Source: Balamuthia mandrillaris (taxonomy: Eukaryota). Taken from it: a stretch of DNA of 64,000 bases. The stretch covers positions 124,001 to 188,000 of the forward strand of contig JAVKOQ020000083.1 of the NCBI GenBank assembly GCA_031835245.2. The letters run 5' to 3'. Positions 62,250 through 64,000 of the stretch are shown in pieces. Within the stretch, counting starts at the first letter, position 1. The number at the start of each line of letters is the position of its first letter. The position numbers and the translations under genes are program-made. The notes under the pieces are model-generated. The model made no database searches. It was not told the DNA's origin and saw only the letters and a list, made by a program, of their open reading frames with translations.

Positions 62250-63945
62250 TCAGGCCACAGGGTCAGCGGCGTAGTGCGCAATGGAAGGAGAGCGATAGCC
62301 ATCCTCTCTCCACGTGATCGGGAAGAAGGTCTCCTCCATTTCGGTCTTCCCGTGCATCTTATATCTGCCATAAATGTACTGTACCCAGTTTTGTTTAAAA
62401 GTTAAAACGAGTGTTGAAGAGGAGAGAGAGACGTGGTTAGTTAGAGAGAAAAGGGTGAGATAGAGAGAGAGAATCGTACGCCAACATTGTCTGGCTTGAA
62501 TCGACAGTCGTGACGGATGGCATGAACTGCCAAGCTCCTGCGTATTCTGTCCTTGCTCACGTTTTTACCGGAACCATGCCACAACCTTCCATCCTTGTTG
62601 TTTGTTGTCGAAGGTCAATGATAAGTTACAATAGATAGGAAAGAAGAACGAACATGAAAAGCACATCCACCAATGGGTACTTCCACAGAGACAATGTCTG
62701 GTTGTGCGCCAGAGGCAGCAGCCGCTTTCCTAAGTGCTCTTTGATAGTCCACACTGGTGAAAAAGTCTTTCATGATGCCGCTTTCATCGTCGGCATTGTT
62801 GTTATTTGTTGTTGTCGGCTTCCAAAGATGAGAGCCTCGGGCGTATTGCAGAGTGCCTGCCTCTTCTGTGGTGTCGTCTAATGCTATCCAACATGTCACC
62901 ACTTCATTGGCCTTTAAGAAGCAGAGATGATGGTGAGAGAAGATATCAAGAAAGCAGAAGCTGAAGAAGAAGAAGAAGAACAAGAACAAGAACAAGAACA
63001 AGAAGAACAAGAACAAGACGAAGAAGAAGCAGCAAGAAGCAAAAGTAGAAGCAGAAGAAGCATAAAGACTAACTGGTTCAAGAAAGTCGAAGTAAGGAGA
63101 ATCTTGGTGGAAAGCGACAGCAGCGGTGCCTGGTGGCTTCCACCTGCATATCATTCCGCATAAGCAAGAAGTACTAAAACAGAAAGAAAAGAATAAAGAA
63201 AGAAGAGCAAAAGCCAAAAAGGAAGAGAAGAGAAGAGAGAAGGAGGAGAGGGAGAAAAGGGATGGCAACCAGACGTCATCTTGGGCGATGCGCGTGCCCT
63301 GCCAGCCCATCAGTTGGGAGATGATGCGGCCAAGCCTCTCCGACAGGACAACGCTGGCTATCGTCGTATCGCTTTTCCACTGTCACCCCATCGCAAAAAT
63401 AAATAAATATATAAATAAATAAAATAAAATAAAATAAAATAAAATAAAATAAAATAAAATAAAAATAAATAAATAGATAAAATAACATTAAATAACATTA
63501 AATAAAATAAAACTAAACAAAAATACAAAAAATAATAAATAAATAAACAAAACGTACATACAGCGTTAACGATCTCGCGCGTAACGTCGTCCCTGCTCAT
63601 GCCCTTACGCCAGTGCCACTCGTCGGGGTAAACGCCGGTGTCAAACTCGCCGGCAAACAGCGGCTCCACCTTGGCCTGAAGCCGCAAGGCCAGCCGCCGG
63701 TCCAGCAGCTCGGGCAGCACCAAGAAGCCCTCCCTGCGGAACCGCTCCCTCTGCTCGTTGCTCAGCATTCCATTATGCTTTTGGCTGCTGCTGCTGGTGG
63801 TGGAATAGAAATGGCTGCAAAGTGAGGAAGAAGAGGAGGATGAAGATGGGTTGGAAAAGAAGGAAGGAAGGTAAGGTTTTTTAGTCCAGGTGGGTCTGAA
63901 GGCCTTCAGCAGCCCTCCTCTTCCCATCTGCGCAGTGCTGTGCAT
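62250..63945 (-). CDS. Phytanoyl-CoA dioxygenase (PhyH) family Fe(II)/2OG dioxygenase, probable mitochondrial presequence
   Basis: QRERFRREGFLVL; WKPPG...FHQD (HxD); VTCWIALDD..E.GTL.Y.RGSH; LWHGSG.N...RRSL. Confidence 0.9.
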
Positions 63946-64000
63946 CTCTTTTCACTTTGTATTAAATGCAATTCTTTCATGACGACATGAATATTTGTTC

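Overview
Gene-dense, intron-rich eukaryotic DNA with short GT-AG introns full of CT/CTT/CCTT microsatellites. Gene content and style suggest a free-living amoebozoan such as Balamuthia or Acanthamoeba; this is an inference only. About 24 protein-coding genes could be reconstructed by hand: RAD50, MRE11, a C2 protein, GPATCH1, PAAF1, fasciclin, a RhoGEF, a Gln-rich secreted protein, HMGCL, a divergent Sec23, a degenerate Rho, a gamma-synergin-like protein, ITFG1, a PB1 protein, a beta-lactamase-family hydrolase, GH15, TreS, a PBZ-PARP, a repeat adhesin-like protein, LanCL, a PX protein, two unknown paralogues and a PhyH dioxygenase. Three highlights: (1) a secreted beta-roll, adhesin or tail-fibre-like protein in which each ~19-aa repeat is its own phase-1 exon (14 consecutive exons of exactly 57 nt); (2) RAD50 and MRE11 head-to-head with 219 bp between start codons; (3) an intact bacterial-type trehalose synthase head-to-head with an apparently catalytically dead GH15 trehalase-like gene. 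No tRNA, rRNA, CRISPR array or transposon was recognised. All family assignments rest on motif recognition by eye; no searches were run.
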